From an uncultured Oscillospiraceae bacterium (GTDB lineage: Bacteria; Bacillota; Clostridia; Oscillospirales; Ruminococcaceae), in NCBI GenBank assembly GCA_964371915.1, contig CAYJOX010000001.1, forward strand, positions 1 through 25,567: DNA of 25,567 bases, written 5' to 3'. Both the position numbers and the translations under genes were made by a program. The number at the start of each line of letters is the position of its first letter. Within the stretch, counting starts at the first letter, position 1. Shown piece by piece: positions 25,521-25,567 of the stretch. The notes under the pieces were generated by a model. The model saw nothing but the letters and a program-made list of their open reading frames with translations. It had not been told where the DNA came from and made no database searches.

Positions 25521-25567
25521 CATGTTTTTCACAATTTCAACATAAAGTTATGATTGACAATGGGGTG

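Noticed and set aside
1..25567. CRISPR array, tRNA/rRNA, prophage, integrase/transposase, defence system, or stop-codon reassignment
   Set aside because: No regularly spaced repeats, RNA-gene signatures or such ORFs were seen. TAA, TAG and TGA all end genes at expected lengths, and both broken genes are explained by indels.

Overview
A mostly housekeeping chromosomal segment from an anaerobic Bacillota (Clostridia-like) bacterium, read with the standard genetic code. On the + strand it carries the end of a V/A-type ATPase operon (B, D), a DegV gene broken by an internal deletion, an MFS transporter, a nitroreductase and ilvE. hisC follows on the - strand, then a Zn-ribbon membrane protein. 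Next is a five-gene putative H2/redox-signalling module: DRTGG (frameshifted), an anti-sigma-type Ser/Thr kinase, a group D-like sensory [FeFe]-hydrogenase, a second DRTGG and a PHP phosphoesterase. This module runs into trmH-family/plsY/rsmE instead of catalytic hydrogenase genes. After it come adaA-ogt, bioY-DUF1284, a structured 400-bp intergenic region, gcvT-H-PA-PB and an aldo-keto reductase. A tightly packed - strand operon ends the window (APC permease, PNPOx-like/ferredoxin fusion, AlgJ/AlgX-like protein, AlgI-like MBOAT). I saw no CRISPR array, rRNA/tRNA, integrase or intact transposase. The best leads are the orphan sensory-hydrogenase module, the permease/oxidoreductase/O-acylation operon and a candidate ncRNA or IS-end remnant at about 14.8-14.95 kb. 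All family calls come from recognising motifs by eye, not from database searches.
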